Origin: Deltaproteobacteria bacterium
Lineage (GTDB): Bacteria; Desulfobacterota; Binatia; UBA12015
DNA length: 64,000 bases
Direction of reading: 5' to 3'
Assembly (NCBI GenBank): GCA_046583355.1
Contig: JAYGCM010000025.1
Coordinates: 1-64,000 of the forward strand
The notes beneath the pieces were generated by a model that was not told where the DNA came from, made no database searches, and saw only the letters and a list, made by a program, of their open reading frames with translations. A program made the translations under genes and the position numbers. Shown in pieces: positions 31,508-41,928 of the stretch. Numbering within the stretch: the stretch's first letter is position 1; each line of letters starts with the position of its first letter.

Positions 31508-34500
31508 CTAGTTTGCGAAGCGGACGACCTGGGCGATGTCGCCGGTGGACCAACTGCCACCGATATTTTCGTCGAGGTTGGCAACCGATATCACGAATTT
31601 CACGCCGGATGCATTGCCCCAATCGGTGCAGCTCAGATTCGAACCCGTGAGAGAGACCAGATAGGGGTTGGCCGAGGAACAACTCGTGCCGAACAAGCTG
31701 CCGCCGCAGCGGCGCCGATCCTGAATCGTGGTCGTGGTCGTGCCGGTCACCAGCGCGAGGCGCTCGGTGGTGACCGAATCCCAGGACGCGGAGCCGACGG
31801 CCGGGCATGTGGACGTGCCGTTCACGCGCATGCGCTTGACGGCGACGCGCACCACGGCTGCTCCTGCCCCGTCGTCGCCCGACGCGACACCGGCCGCGAG
31901 CCAACTTGTGTCGAAGCTCGGTGCCGGCGGTGCGGCCGAGCCGTTGGAGTCGACGGTGAGGGTCGCATCGGCATTGGATCCGCCATCGCAATCGACGAAG
32001 CCGAGCGCCGTCGTATCATCCTCGATGCGCCAGCAGGCAACGCAGGAACCGCCGCAATTCGGCGCCTGGCTATTGAGTCCGGCAGCGATGACGACGGGTT
32101 GCGAGACGATCAGGTCGGCACGACCGGTGAGGCCGACCGGGCCGGCGGCGAGAAGGATCGGGCCGCCGGAAAAATTGCCGTTGGAGCCGTTGCAGACGGT
32201 GCCGGGGATGCCGCCGGTCGGGTTGCCCTGGGTCTTCAAGAACGAGCCTCCGGACGAATCGGATGGGCAATAGGCGTCGGAGCCGTCGGCGATATTCACG
32301 CTCATGGCGCCGAGGGGGTCGTTGGGGGTGGGCGAGGGGGTCGGCGCCGGAGTGGGCGTGGGCGTCGGTACCCAGCCCTGCGGTGTCTGCGTCGGCACCG
32401 GCGTCGGTACGGGTGTGGGTGTGGGCGTGGGCGCGGCGACGAGATAGGTGCAATGGGCCGTCACGGTGACGAAATGGCCGTCGGCGCTTTGGTCGCGGCT
32501 GCCGACGCCCGGGTAGTTGTCGGCGCTCATGCAGCCCGAGATGCCGTTGGGTTGCACGTCGGATTCGAGGCCCAGGCGCACAGCGCATTCGGCGCCGGTA
32601 TCCCAGGCACCGCCGCGGCTTTTGCAGCTGGATTGCCAATCGAAGGTCAAGCTATGGGGCTGCGCGGTGCCGGTGCCGGTGCCGGTGATCGTCGCTGTCG
32701 TAGAGTCGGCGAAGGCCAGATAGCCGTCATCGCTCTGGTCGAGGACGCCGGCGGCGGCGAGGTCGAGGCTGCCCGAGGTGAAGGAACCGCCGGCATGGCT
32801 GCCGTCGAACAAGGAAATGCTCGCCGTCGCGCGGCCCGTGGTACCGAAGAAGGGTGCGTCGCAGCCGTCGTAATTGTCGCGGTTGATTGTCAGCGCGCCG
32901 GAGAGGTCTTGCTCGACCTGGATCTCGTAGGTGCTGCCGGCCGGACAGATAAGGTCGAAATCGATCGTGTAGGTGGCCGGCACGCTCGCTGTGATATTGC
33001 CGCCGCCGGTCAGCACGACCTCGCAATCGGTCGCGACATTCTGACGGTAGACGGTCGAGAACATGCCTTGGTTCGAGTTGAGCGCCGCGAGTTCGGTGTG
33101 GGTCTGATCGTAGCAATTGCCGAAGGCGGTATGGCTGGGGCCGTGGTTCGTCGTACCGTCCGCCAGAGAGACGACGTTCACGATCGCGGCGATCGTGGTG
33201 GCAATCGGCTCCGGTGTGGGGGCGGGTGTCGGCGTTGAAGTCGGCTCGGCGGTGGGCGTCGGGGTCGAAGTCTGCTGGGGCGTCGGCGTCGGCTCGGGGG
33301 TTGGGGTAGGCGTCGGGCTTGGCGAATTTGTCGGTTCTGCGGTGGGCGTTGGGCTGGGCGAATTCGTCGGCACCGGCGTCGGCACGCCGGGCGCGCCGAT
33401 TGCCAGCAACTGGAAGCGTACGACCTGGGCCAGGTCGACGACCTGGTTCAGCACCGGCGCAAGGAAATCCATCGCGAAGAGCGGCGCCGTGAGGCTTGCG
33501 GTTGTCGTGCCCGGCTCGCCCCAAGTGGCGCATTCCAGTGGTACGCCGCCGAGTGCTGTCGTATTCGTGCCGGCGGTACCCGGCGCGCCGTCGATCCAAT
33601 CGTTCTGCACGGTACTTGTCGCGACACCGCTGACGAAGGCCGAGGTGATCTCGGGTGCGCCCGAATAATCGAGCAGGCTGCAATCGGCGTCGTTGCTGCC
33701 CGCGACCGCCAGACGCAGGCGCACGCGCACGACGGCCTCGCCGGCAGCCGCCGTCGCATCCGCGTGGAAGCCGATCGCCAAGGTCGGCTGGCCGGCCACG
33801 CCGGCACCGTGCGAGTCGACGACGAGGTCGGCATCACTGTGGGTGCCACCATCGCAATCGATCCAGCCGGTGTTCGTGGAGTCCGGGTCGAGCTGCAAAC
33901 AGAGGGTGCCTATCGAGCCGAGTTGTTGGGCGAGGTCCGGTAGCTTTGCGCCGATATGCACGCGTCCGGTGAGGCCGAGTTCGGCGCGGCCATCCGCGCC
34001 GGCTATGCCGCGGGCGAGCACGATCTCTGCGGTGCCGAAGTCGCCGTCGGTCGCGTTGGCAAAGGCATTCGCTCCGGTGAAATCGAAGACTCGCAGCCAG
34101 GTCGATTCGCCATCGTCTGCCGGCAGCAATGCGCCGCTGCCTGGGATTATCGAATAGGCAGCGCAGGTCATCCCCGGCGGGCAGAGCTGGCCATCGGGAG
34201 ACGGCGTCGGCTCGGCTGCCGGCGTGGGCGTCGGTTCGGCTGTGCCGGTCGGCGCCGGTGTTGGTGTCGGTTCGGGCAGGCAGGCGATGGTGCCGCGATT
34301 GGCGACGGCGATGGTCGAGGTATTTTTCTTGAAGGCGGGGAAAAGGCCACAAAGTGGATCATCGTCGCCAATACCGAAGTGGACTTCCAGCGAAGGATCC
34401 GGTGCCAAAGGCAGGGGCGGGGGCTCGAAATGTACCCCCTTGAATTGCACTTGGAGCAGGCCCATACGGTATTTGACGAGTTTCACACCGGCGCGACTCG

Positions 34501-34810
34501 CAGCGGAATCTTTGTAGGTATACGCAGTCGGCGTGCTCTTCCAGAAACTACAGGGCAGATCGATTTTTCCTGTGTCGTAATCGCCGGTGGCCTTGATGCG
34601 CACCCAGGGTGCCTCGTCCGGGCAGAGCAATGGGTTCGTGAGAGGATCGATATTCGGATCCTTCACGAAGCGCAGGACGGCCAGATTTCTCGCGGGATTG
34701 ATGGAGTTCTTGACGCGGGCGGTGCGCCCCTGCGAGAGGGTGGCGGCGTCGGCCCCGGCGGCGACCCCCAAGAACAAGACGAGTAACGAGGGAATGAGCT
34801 TTTGGATCAT
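31508..34810 (-). CDS. Large secreted Cys-rich modular protein with three Pro/Thr linkers
   Basis: Signal peptide ([22 protein letters not shown]); PTPT linkers; one domain internally duplicated. Confidence 0.82.
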   Translation of the reverse strand: MIQKLIPSLLVLFLGVAAGADAATLSQGRTARVKNSINPARNLAVLRFVKDPNIDPLTNPLLCPDEAPWVRIKATGDYDTGKIDLPCSFWKSTPTAYTYKDSAASRAGVKLVKYRMGLLQVQFKGVHFEPPPLPLAPDPSLEVHFGIGDDDPLCGLFPAFKKNTSTIAVANRGTIACLPEPTPTPAPTGTAEPTPTPAAEPTPSPDGQLCPPGMTCAAYSIIPGSGALLPADDGESTWLRVFDFTGANAFANATDGDFGTAEIVLARGIAGADGRAELGLTGRVHIGAKLPDLAQQLGSIGTLCLQLDPDSTNTGWIDCDGGTHSDADLVVDSHGAGVAGQPTLAIGFHADATAAAGEAVVRVRLRLAVAGSNDADCSLLDYSGAPEITSAFVSGVATSTVQNDWIDGAPGTAGTNTTALGGVPLECATWGEPGTTTASLTAPLFAMDFLAPVLNQVVDLAQVVRFQLLAIGAPGVPTPVPTNSPSPTPTAEPTNSPSPTPTPTPEPTPTPQQTSTPTPTAEPTSTPTPAPTPEPIATTIAAIVNVVSLADGTTNHGPSHTAFGNCYDQTHTELAALNSNQGMFSTVYRQNVATDCEVVLTGGGNITASVPATYTIDFDLICPAGSTYEIQVEQDLSGALTINRDNYDGCDAPFFGTTGRATASISLFDGSHAGGSFTSGSLDLAAAGVLDQSDDGYLAFADSTTATITGTGTGTAQPHSLTFDWQSSCKSRGGAWDTGAECAVRLGLESDVQPNGISGCMSADNYPGVGSRDQSADGHFVTVTAHCTYLVAAPTPTPTPVPTPVPTQTPQGWVPTPTPTPAPTPSPTPNDPLGAMSVNIADGSDAYCPSDSSGGSFLKTQGNPTGGIPGTVCNGSNGNFSGGPILLAAGPVGLTGRADLIVSQPVVIAAGLNSQAPNCGGSCVACWRIEDDTTALGFVDCDGGSNADATLTVDSNGSAAPPAPSFDTSWLAAGVASGDDGAGAAVVRVAVKRMRVNGTSTCPAVGSASWDSVTTERLALVTGTTTTTIQDRRRCGGSLFGTSCSSANPYLVSLTGSNLSCTDWGNASGVKFVISVANLDENIGGSWSTGDIAQVVRFAN

Positions 34811-34953
34811 TGGTCGGAAACCCTCTGGCAAAACCATCTAAACGAGTGTTTGTTCGGGGGTCAAGTCTTGTCGTGTAAAGAGTCGGAGTTTCCTCGGCGG
34901 GCTGTCCTCAAGCAGGCTGGGGTGGCGTCTGACGATGTGCTTGGATCTGGCAG

Positions 34954-35646
34954 GTGACGAAGGACGCCGAGACATTGGTCGTCGTCTTTGCGCGTCTGCC
35001 GGAGGCGGGCCGGGTAAAGACAAGGCTCGCGCGCACCTTGGGCGACGCGCTCACCGCCGATCTCTATGCGGCGTTTATTACCGATCTACTCGCCGAGTTG
35101 TCGGACGGTCCGTGGTCCTTTCGGGTCGCGGTTGCGGGCGAGCCGGCCGCGTTTGCTGCGCGCTTCGGGCTTGCGGCGGGAGTATGCGTAGCCCAGAGCG
35201 GGGAAGGTCTGGGCGCCCGCATGGAGGCCGCCTTCTGCGTGGCTCTGGAGCAGGAGGGTTTCGCGCGCTGCATTCTGGTCGGCTCGGACCTGCCGCAACT
35301 GGCGCGCGCGCCGGTTGCGCAGGCCGCCGCGGCGCTGGCACTCGGTGCGAGCGACCTCGTGCTCGGTCCGGCCCTCGATGGTGGCTATTATCTCATCGCG
35401 ATGGCCCGGCCGCAGGCGGTTTTTGCCGATATTCCTTGGAGCACAGCGGCCGTTCTGGCGCGGACGCGGGAGCGGGCGCGGGGGCTTGGCCTGCGCTGCG
35501 CTCTGCTCGATGAGGATTTCGATATCGACACCGAGGCCGATCTGATGCGCTTGGAGGAATGGCTCGGCTCGCGCCCGGCCACCTGCCTGCCCGCCACCCG
35601 CGCCGCCTTGCGCCGAGCGACTTCTTGGCGTTCGGGGGAGGGATGA
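34954..35646 (+). CDS. TIGR04282/DUF2064 (CofC-like fold) transferase
   Basis: VFARLPEAGRVKTRL, Q.GEGLGARM, VGSDLP, LGPA.DGGYYL, PWST, DIDT..DL. Confidence 0.88.
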   Translation: MTKDAETLVVVFARLPEAGRVKTRLARTLGDALTADLYAAFITDLLAELSDGPWSFRVAVAGEPAAFAARFGLAAGVCVAQSGEGLGARMEAAFCVALEQEGFARCILVGSDLPQLARAPVAQAAAALALGASDLVLGPALDGGYYLIAMARPQAVFADIPWSTAAVLARTRERARGLGLRCALLDEDFDIDTEADLMRLEEWLGSRPATCLPATRAALRRATSWRSGEG

Positions 35647-36860
35647 AGCAATCCTCGCGAATCCACCGCTTTGAGGTGGCGGGCCTGGTCGTTCTCTTTG
35701 AGAGGATGGAGAGCCCGTTGGTCGCCTATTGTCTGAGCGTTGGCGCCGGCTCGCGCTTTGACGGCGACACGCCCGGGCTCGCGCATTTCAGCGAGCATAT
35801 GCTCTTCCAGGGCACCGAGAATTTCGACCAATTGGCGCTCAACCGCCGTGCGGCCGAGGTGGGCGGAAACCATAACGCGTTTACCGGCTATGATTCGCTG
35901 GCGCTGAACTTCGAGTCGTTTCCTGAAGATACGGCGGGTGCGCTCGACCTTCTTTTTGAACAATTCTATCGTACCCGCCTGGATGCGGGCCGCTTTCGCA
36001 AAGAAAAGCGCATCGTCCTGGACGAAGTGCGTGGCGTGCGCGAAGATCCTTTCGAGAATTTGGCCGAGCATGCCTGGCGCGAATTTTATGCCGACCCGAT
36101 CGGCAACCCGATTGCCGGCACGGCGGGCTCGGTACGTGCCATTCGTGTCGAGGACGTTGAGCGTTTCTACAAGCGCCGCTTCGTCAACGCCAACGCCGTA
36201 CTCGCGGTGGTGGGCGACCTGGACCCGGCGCGGCTGCGCCGTCAGTTGTGCGCGCGGATCGACCCACGTCGGGTCGGGCGTCGTGTGAAGGCGCGCCCCG
36301 TGCAGGCCGGCACGGGGAAGTCGTTTACCCGCCGTTCGCGCCAGGCCGGCCAATCCCATGTCCATCGGTTGCATGCGATCGACTCCCGGCCGCGCCCCTT
36401 TCTCGCCGTCGAGATCGCCCTGGATCTGGTCGGGGCCGACCCGGATAGCCAGCTCTTTCAGGCTGTCCGCGAAGATCACGGCCTTGGCTACGATGTCTCG
36501 GCTGAGGCCGAGTGGGGCCGGGGCTTTGCCGCGGCGATGGTCTCGGCCAGCGCCGGGCCGAGTGAAGGGCGGCGCCTCGGTGCTGTGATCGAGGAGGTCC
36601 TGGCGAACTCTGTGGAAGCCGGTTTTTCCGAGGCGGATCTGGAGCGGGCCCGGCATAAGCGCCGCTATTCGCATGCCCTGCTGGGCGAGCGGCGCCTCGA
36701 CCGCGCCGTTGCGCGCGCCGAATCCGAACTCACGGGTTTCCCCTCGCTCGAAGAGGCTCGCTGGATTCTGGATGATTTGAGCCATACCGAGATCCAGCGG
36801 GCGTGGAAGCGGGCTGTCGAGGGCCGCTGCCTGATTGCGATCCGCGAATCCGCTCGCTGA
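35643..36860 (+). CDS. M16 family (pitrilysin-like) zinc peptidase
   Basis: Inverted zinc motif HFSEH, NAFT, EK.IVLDE, C-terminal LFQAVRE..GLGY; ATGA overlap with upstream gene. Confidence 0.88.
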   Translation: MKQSSRIHRFEVAGLVVLFERMESPLVAYCLSVGAGSRFDGDTPGLAHFSEHMLFQGTENFDQLALNRRAAEVGGNHNAFTGYDSLALNFESFPEDTAGALDLLFEQFYRTRLDAGRFRKEKRIVLDEVRGVREDPFENLAEHAWREFYADPIGNPIAGTAGSVRAIRVEDVERFYKRRFVNANAVLAVVGDLDPARLRRQLCARIDPRRVGRRVKARPVQAGTGKSFTRRSRQAGQSHVHRLHAIDSRPRPFLAVEIALDLVGADPDSQLFQAVREDHGLGYDVSAEAEWGRGFAAAMVSASAGPSEGRRLGAVIEEVLANSVEAGFSEADLERARHKRRYSHALLGERRLDRAVARAESELTGFPSLEEARWILDDLSHTEIQRAWKRAVEGRCLIAIRESAR

Positions 36861-36950
36861 GCGGCCGAGCGGCCCGGCCGGACCTCTTGTGCTGCGGTGG
36901 CTGTTCGGGTGGTCGCCTGCTTAAATCCGCCCGTGGAAGAACGTAATCAA

Positions 36951-38522
36951 ATGGCCGTCTTCATCGATTTCGACAATATCGAAATCGGTGTGAAGATGAC
37001 TCTCAACACCACTCTTGACTTGGCCCTTGTGCTCGACGCGCTCAAAGAACGCGCCGAAGTTGTATCGAAAAGCGCATATGGGGACTGGGCAAGGGCGGGC
37101 AATCATAGTCGTACGCTAACCGATCACGCGGTGCACATGGTGCAACGCAATGTCACCCCTCGTGGCGACAAGAACGGTGCGGACATCAACCTCGTCGTCG
37201 ACGCTCTGGAGATGTGCTTCACACGCCCGCACATCAACAGCTTTGCGATCGTCGGCGGTGATTCGGATTTTATTGCGCTTGTCGAAAAACTGAAACAATA
37301 CGGCAAGCGAGTCTTTGTAGTGGGCGGACGTGCCTTCACCAGCGGTATCATGGCCCGGAATTGTCACGAGTTCATCTCGTATGAAAACCTTTTGAGTGGC
37401 TCGCGTGGCCGCGGCGGCGGTCATGGCCGCGGTGGTGGTGGTGGTGGTGGTGGCGGAAGCAGCAGTAGCCGTATCTCGCTGGAGAAGGGCTTCGCCATGG
37501 TCCAGCGTGCGCTCAAAATTCTCGCCGACCGTGGCGTTCAGCCGCAACTCGGTCCGATCAAGAGCACCTTGTTGCAGCTGGATTCGACCTTCAGTGAACG
37601 CGATTTCGGCGTCTCGTCGTTCCGCGAGTTCATTCAGCGCTTGGCGGATAAGAAGTTCCTTTCGATGAAACGCATCGATCAGGGTTATCTCGTTGAGTTG
37701 GATGGCGACGGCCATATCGAGTCAAGCGAAGGTGCCGAAGAGAGCGCAGAGTCCAAGACCGACGAGAGGCCGTCGCGCCGGCGCGGCTCGCGGGGCGGCT
37801 CGCGCGGCGGGGCCCGGCGCGAGGCGAGCAGCGAGGACAGCGGCTCGGAGGACAGCAGCTCGGACAAAGCGGCGTCTCCGACCAGCGAATCTCCTGGCGA
37901 GGACTCGGCTTCTGCCGAAGCAGCATCAACTGGCCCTCTGGTGCCGGCCGATGGCCTGGCTCTTCTGGGCAAGGCTGCGGGGAATCTCTCCGAGAAGCGC
38001 GCGGGCAAACCGGTTTATGTGCGCCACTTGGCACAGGAGCTACGCGCGATCGGCGGCGAGTTCGACGAGACCCGCTACGGGTTCCGCACGCTGACCGAAA
38101 TGGCGCAGCAAGCGCAGAAGGCCGGCTTCCTGGTCATGCAGCGCGATCGTGTGGGTGCCTGGCGAGTCGGCCTCCCCGAGGGCGGTGCACCACCGGTCGA
38201 GGGCAAGTCCGCCGCGGAGTCTGCCGATGCAGGGGCCTCCACCGAGGCGGTAGAAGCGTCGAGCGCAGAGCCGGCCGAGGAGGGCGGCGAGTCCTCCGGG
38301 CTGGCGAGCAAGAAGACGGCGGCGAAGAAAAAGTCGACTACCGCGAAGAGGGCTCCGGCCAAGAAGGCCGCAGCGAAGAAGACTACGGCGAAAAAGGTCG
38401 TAGCCAAGAAGACCACGGCGAAGAAGACCACCGCCCAAAAGACCACGGCGAAGAAGACCACCGCCAAGAAGACTACGGCAAAGAAAACCGTCGCGAAGGC
38501 GTCGGACGTATCCGAGGGTTAG
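36951..38522 (+). CDS. NYN-domain ribonuclease with two OST-HTH/LOTUS domains and Lys/Ala/Thr-rich tail
   Basis: FIDFDN, KNGADI...D, GDSDF; LOTUS-like FSERDFGVSSF and FDETRYGFRTL. Start may be GTG 36933. Confidence 0.88.
   Translation: MAVFIDFDNIEIGVKMTLNTTLDLALVLDALKERAEVVSKSAYGDWARAGNHSRTLTDHAVHMVQRNVTPRGDKNGADINLVVDALEMCFTRPHINSFAIVGGDSDFIALVEKLKQYGKRVFVVGGRAFTSGIMARNCHEFISYENLLSGSRGRGGGHGRGGGGGGGGGSSSSRISLEKGFAMVQRALKILADRGVQPQLGPIKSTLLQLDSTFSERDFGVSSFREFIQRLADKKFLSMKRIDQGYLVELDGDGHIESSEGAEESAESKTDERPSRRRGSRGGSRGGARREASSEDSGSEDSSSDKAASPTSESPGEDSASAEAASTGPLVPADGLALLGKAAGNLSEKRAGKPVYVRHLAQELRAIGGEFDETRYGFRTLTEMAQQAQKAGFLVMQRDRVGAWRVGLPEGGAPPVEGKSAAESADAGASTEAVEASSAEPAEEGGESSGLASKKTAAKKKSTTAKRAPAKKAAAKKTTAKKVVAKKTTAKKTTAQKTTAKKTTAKKTTAKKTVAKASDVSEG
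37431..37451 (+). repeat. (GGT)7 in-frame microsatellite encoding poly-Gly
   Basis: Read directly from the sequence. Confidence 0.9.
38346..38495 (+). repeat. Ten degenerate 15-nt tandem units encoding KKxxA pentapeptides (histone H1-like)
   Basis: Consensus AAGAAGACYACSGCS. Confidence 0.9.
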
Positions 38523-38525
38523 CCT

Positions 38526-38572
38526 GAAGGTCCGGCCGGGAGCATATTCTGCTTCCGGCCGGACCTTCTTTT
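38526..38572 (+). terminator. Intrinsic terminator
   Basis: GAAGGTCCGGCCGGGAGCA-TATTC-TGCTTCCGGCCGGACCTTC followed by TTTT, right after the NYN gene stop. Confidence 0.85.
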
Positions 38573-38626
38573 GGGTCGGACCTCTAGAGGCACGGCCGAA
38601 AAGTAGGCCTGCATCCGGGCGCCGCG

Positions 38627-41600
38627 TCAGCCGAACGCGATGAGTTCGCGGATATCGGCTTCGGTGAGCCGCGGAAGTGCGGTCTCGCCATCGTCGAGAA
38701 TGGTTCGGGCCAGCGCACGCTTTTCTTCCTTCATGCGTTGGATGCCTTCCTCGATCGTGCCCTCAGCAATGATCCGGTACACCGAGACCGTTCGGGTCTG
38801 GCCGATTCGGTGGGCCCGATCAGTGGCCTGGTCTTCGACGGCGGGGTTCCACCACGGATCCATATGGATCACGACATCTGCCGCGGCCAGGTTGATGCCG
38901 GTGCCTCCGGCCTTGAGGCTCAGGAGGAATACCGGCATATCGCCGTCGCGGAAATTGTCGAGGACTTTCTCACGGTTGCGGGTGCGGCCGTCGAGGTAGG
39001 TGTATTCGGTGCCGCTGGACTCGAGCTCTTTGCGCAGCAAGGTGAGAAATTCGACGAATTGGCTGAAGACCAGGGCGCGGCGGCCGCTGGCGACGACCTC
39101 GGCGATCAGTTCGCGGAAGGCGCCGAGTTTCGCCGAATGGTCCGCCTTGAAGCTTTTGTCGATGAGGCGCGGATCACACGCCATTTGGCGCAGGCGCAGA
39201 AGAGCGGTGAGCACCAGCATGCGGTTGGAGTCGAGGCCGCCGTCTTCCATGCGGCCCTCGAGGTCGGCGCGTGTCGCGGCGGCCAGAGCCGCGTAGGCCC
39301 GGCGTTGCTCGGTCGTGAGTTCTACAACGACATCGCTTTCGATTTTTTCGGGGAGATCGGTTTGTACTTCGCGCTTGGTGCGGCGGAGTACGAAGGGACG
39401 GATACGCGCGCGCAGGGCGGCGGCCTCTTCGCTGGCACCGGGTGCCGGGGCGGCGCGGTTTTCACCGGCCTCGACCACCGCCTCGGTGACCGGGCGCTCG
39501 TAGCGACGCGAGAAATTCCGCCAGGTGCCGAGCATGCCGGCATTGGCAAAATCGAGGATCGACCAAAGTTCGAGCAGTCGATTCTCAACCGGCGTGCCGG
39601 TCAGGCCCAGGCGGGCCTCGGCGTCGAGTGCTTTGGCCGCCGCGGTGGTCGCGGCCGTATGGTTCTTGATATGCTGCGCTTCGTCCAAGACGACGCAGCG
39701 GAAGGGGATATTTTTGAGCCGGTCTACGTCGCGGCGCAGGAGGGCATAGGTTGTGACGATGAGATCGTGGTTGGCGACCTCGTCGTAGCGCTCGTGGCGC
39801 TCGGCGCCGTGCAGCAGCATGCCCTTGAGGCCGGGGACGAAACGCTTCGCCTCGCGAATCCAGTTGGGGGCAACCGAGGTCGGCGCGACGATCAGGGTCG
39901 GGGCTTGCCCGTCGCGGGATTTTCTCCAGTCGAGCAGGGCCAGCGTCTGGATGGTTTTACCGAGGCCCATATCGTCGGCGAGGATGCCGCCGAGTTCCAA
40001 CTCGGCAAGGAATTGCAGCCAGGCCAGACCGGTTTCCTGGTAGGGGCGCAGCTCGCCTACGAGGCCGGGTGCGGGCTCGGGCTTGGCGGCGACCTCAAGT
40101 GCACGCAGGCGATGGATCCATTCGCCCACCTTCTCTTCGAGTTCGACGGAGTCTGTGAGTTCGCCGAGATGCTCGATTTCACCGAGGGCGGTGCGGGCCA
40201 GCTCGCCGCGGCCGGTTTCGGCCAGCGATTCGGGCAAGGAGGCGGCCAGGGCGGCGACTTTCTCGCCGAGTTCGGCCACGCTGCCGTCGGAGAGTTGGAC
40301 CCAGCGCCGCCGCGCTGTCAATGCATCCCGGACTGCCTGGACGTCGGCTTCGACGCCATCGGCGGCGATCTTGAGCGCGACATCCAGCAATCGGCCACGC
40401 CCGAGCCGTACGCTCATCGACGAACTCAACGAGCCGCGGGCAACCATTTGTCCAAGGTTGGGTGGTGCGAGCACCTCTTGAATATCGCCGTCAGCGCAGG
40501 CTCCCTTCACCAGCGCGCGTAAATCGTGCAGGTAGAAGCGCACCGCGCGGTCATCGCGTGCGCGCCAGGTCGCCTCGTCTTCTGGCGTGGTATTGGTGCG
40601 TTTGCGCCGCGAGGGCGCGGGCAGGCGAAGGGGGGTCGCACTCAGCATGCTGAGGGCGCGGCGCTCGCGGTCCGGATCGCGTGACTCGTCGTCAATATGC
40701 GCGACGGTGGTCGGGCTGAGTAGGTAGCTTCCCGTTTCGTAGGTTGCGCGCAGAACGGCGCGTGCCTCAAAGGCGGTGCCTTCGACCTCAAGCGAAATCC
40801 GTGGCCTGGGCAGCGGCGGCAGCCCGAGTGCTTCGCGCTCGGGCAGGAGAACGCCTTCTTCTTCGAAACTCTGGCGCAGCAGGACGGGCAGTTCGCGGAT
40901 TTCGGCCTCGGTGAAGGCCACCCAAGTCTGGCTGGCGAGCCGTGAGAGGGCAATTGGTCCGACGTCTTCTGCGACCCGTGCGAAGGTGCGGCGCACGGGC
41001 GAGTAAATCCACGAGGTCGAGCCGCGCAGGAGTATGGCCTCCTCGAAGGGGATGCCATCGCTGCCGTCCGGGCGCTCCCAATGCGCTTCGAGGACGAACG
41101 TCTTGTTGTCGGTCTCCTCATGCTCTTCGTCTTCGGGGATGCCGAGGAGGCGCGCGAAGGCACGGCGACCGATCGGGCCATCTTCTTTTTCGAACGCGGC
41201 TCGCGCGCCCTCCAGGCGATCTTTTTCCTCGGCGATCTCGGCGCGTCGCTCAAGCAGGATCGGGTGCCCGTGCGCTTCGCCGGGTTCGGCGTCGCGGAAG
41301 CTCAGGGCAGGCCGGCGGACGATCTCGTCGAAGGTGACGGTACCGGCGTCGCCCGGTGCCTCAAGAATGAGGTCGGCCTCGGATGCCCGTTCCAGAAAAA
41401 GACAGGCGTTTTCGGTGTCCGCGATGAAATCTCGCTGGCCGATGGGTGAGCGCGTGAGGCTCTCGAAGATGCGCCATTCGCGCGCCGGCAGCCGTCGGCC
41501 GTCGAGGTCGTCGGGCGTGAAGGGACGATTTTCTCCCGGCGGGTGGACCTCGATGAGGAGGCGGGCGGGCTTGTCGAAAGCGTCTTCGCCGGGGGGCTCT

Positions 41601-41830
41601 ACTCGCAGGACGTAGCGCGCGTCGCCCAAGGGGCGCAGCGGGCCACGGCGTCGCCATGCCTCGAAGGTCTCGTCGAGGAAATCGGGGTCGCCAGTGGCGG
41701 TAGCGTCGTCGGCAAGCGCTTCAAGATCGACCGAATGCTCGTAGGCTTTGCTACGGGCGAGGCGGCGCCTTTCAAGCTCCTGGGTTTCGGTCAGGGCGGC
41801 GGGCTTCTGGTTTTTCTCGGCTTGAGACAT
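38627..41830 (-). CDS. SNF2-family helicase/ATPase
   Basis: LRPYQ, LADDMGLGKT, LDEAQ, LTGTPVEN, FSQF, DPWWNP...QATDRAHRIGQ. Confidence 0.95.
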   Translation of the reverse strand: MSQAEKNQKPAALTETQELERRRLARSKAYEHSVDLEALADDATATGDPDFLDETFEAWRRRGPLRPLGDARYVLRVEPPGEDAFDKPARLLIEVHPPGENRPFTPDDLDGRRLPAREWRIFESLTRSPIGQRDFIADTENACLFLERASEADLILEAPGDAGTVTFDEIVRRPALSFRDAEPGEAHGHPILLERRAEIAEEKDRLEGARAAFEKEDGPIGRRAFARLLGIPEDEEHEETDNKTFVLEAHWERPDGSDGIPFEEAILLRGSTSWIYSPVRRTFARVAEDVGPIALSRLASQTWVAFTEAEIRELPVLLRQSFEEEGVLLPEREALGLPPLPRPRISLEVEGTAFEARAVLRATYETGSYLLSPTTVAHIDDESRDPDRERRALSMLSATPLRLPAPSRRKRTNTTPEDEATWRARDDRAVRFYLHDLRALVKGACADGDIQEVLAPPNLGQMVARGSLSSSMSVRLGRGRLLDVALKIAADGVEADVQAVRDALTARRRWVQLSDGSVAELGEKVAALAASLPESLAETGRGELARTALGEIEHLGELTDSVELEEKVGEWIHRLRALEVAAKPEPAPGLVGELRPYQETGLAWLQFLAELELGGILADDMGLGKTIQTLALLDWRKSRDGQAPTLIVAPTSVAPNWIREAKRFVPGLKGMLLHGAERHERYDEVANHDLIVTTYALLRRDVDRLKNIPFRCVVLDEAQHIKNHTAATTAAAKALDAEARLGLTGTPVENRLLELWSILDFANAGMLGTWRNFSRRYERPVTEAVVEAGENRAAPAPGASEEAAALRARIRPFVLRRTKREVQTDLPEKIESDVVVELTTEQRRAYAALAAATRADLEGRMEDGGLDSNRMLVLTALLRLRQMACDPRLIDKSFKADHSAKLGAFRELIAEVVASGRRALVFSQFVEFLTLLRKELESSGTEYTYLDGRTRNREKVLDNFRDGDMPVFLLSLKAGGTGINLAAADVVIHMDPWWNPAVEDQATDRAHRIGQTRTVSVYRIIAEGTIEEGIQRMKEEKRALARTILDDGETALPRLTEADIRELIAFG

Positions 41831-41928
41831 CGGAACCTACAACCGTAGCTGCGGGCCCGCGGTGTCACAATACGGGCCCGGACTTGCACCATGGCGCCGC
41901 ATGGCGCAAACAAGGAGGGGTGGATATC

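Noticed and set aside
32320..33390. GGCGTCGG/GGTGTGGG-type repeats as DNA repeat elements
   Set aside because: They simply encode Pro/Thr linkers of the secreted protein.
38346..38495. Periodic repeats as a possible CRISPR array
   Set aside because: In-frame 15-nt coding repeats with no spacers and no cas genes.
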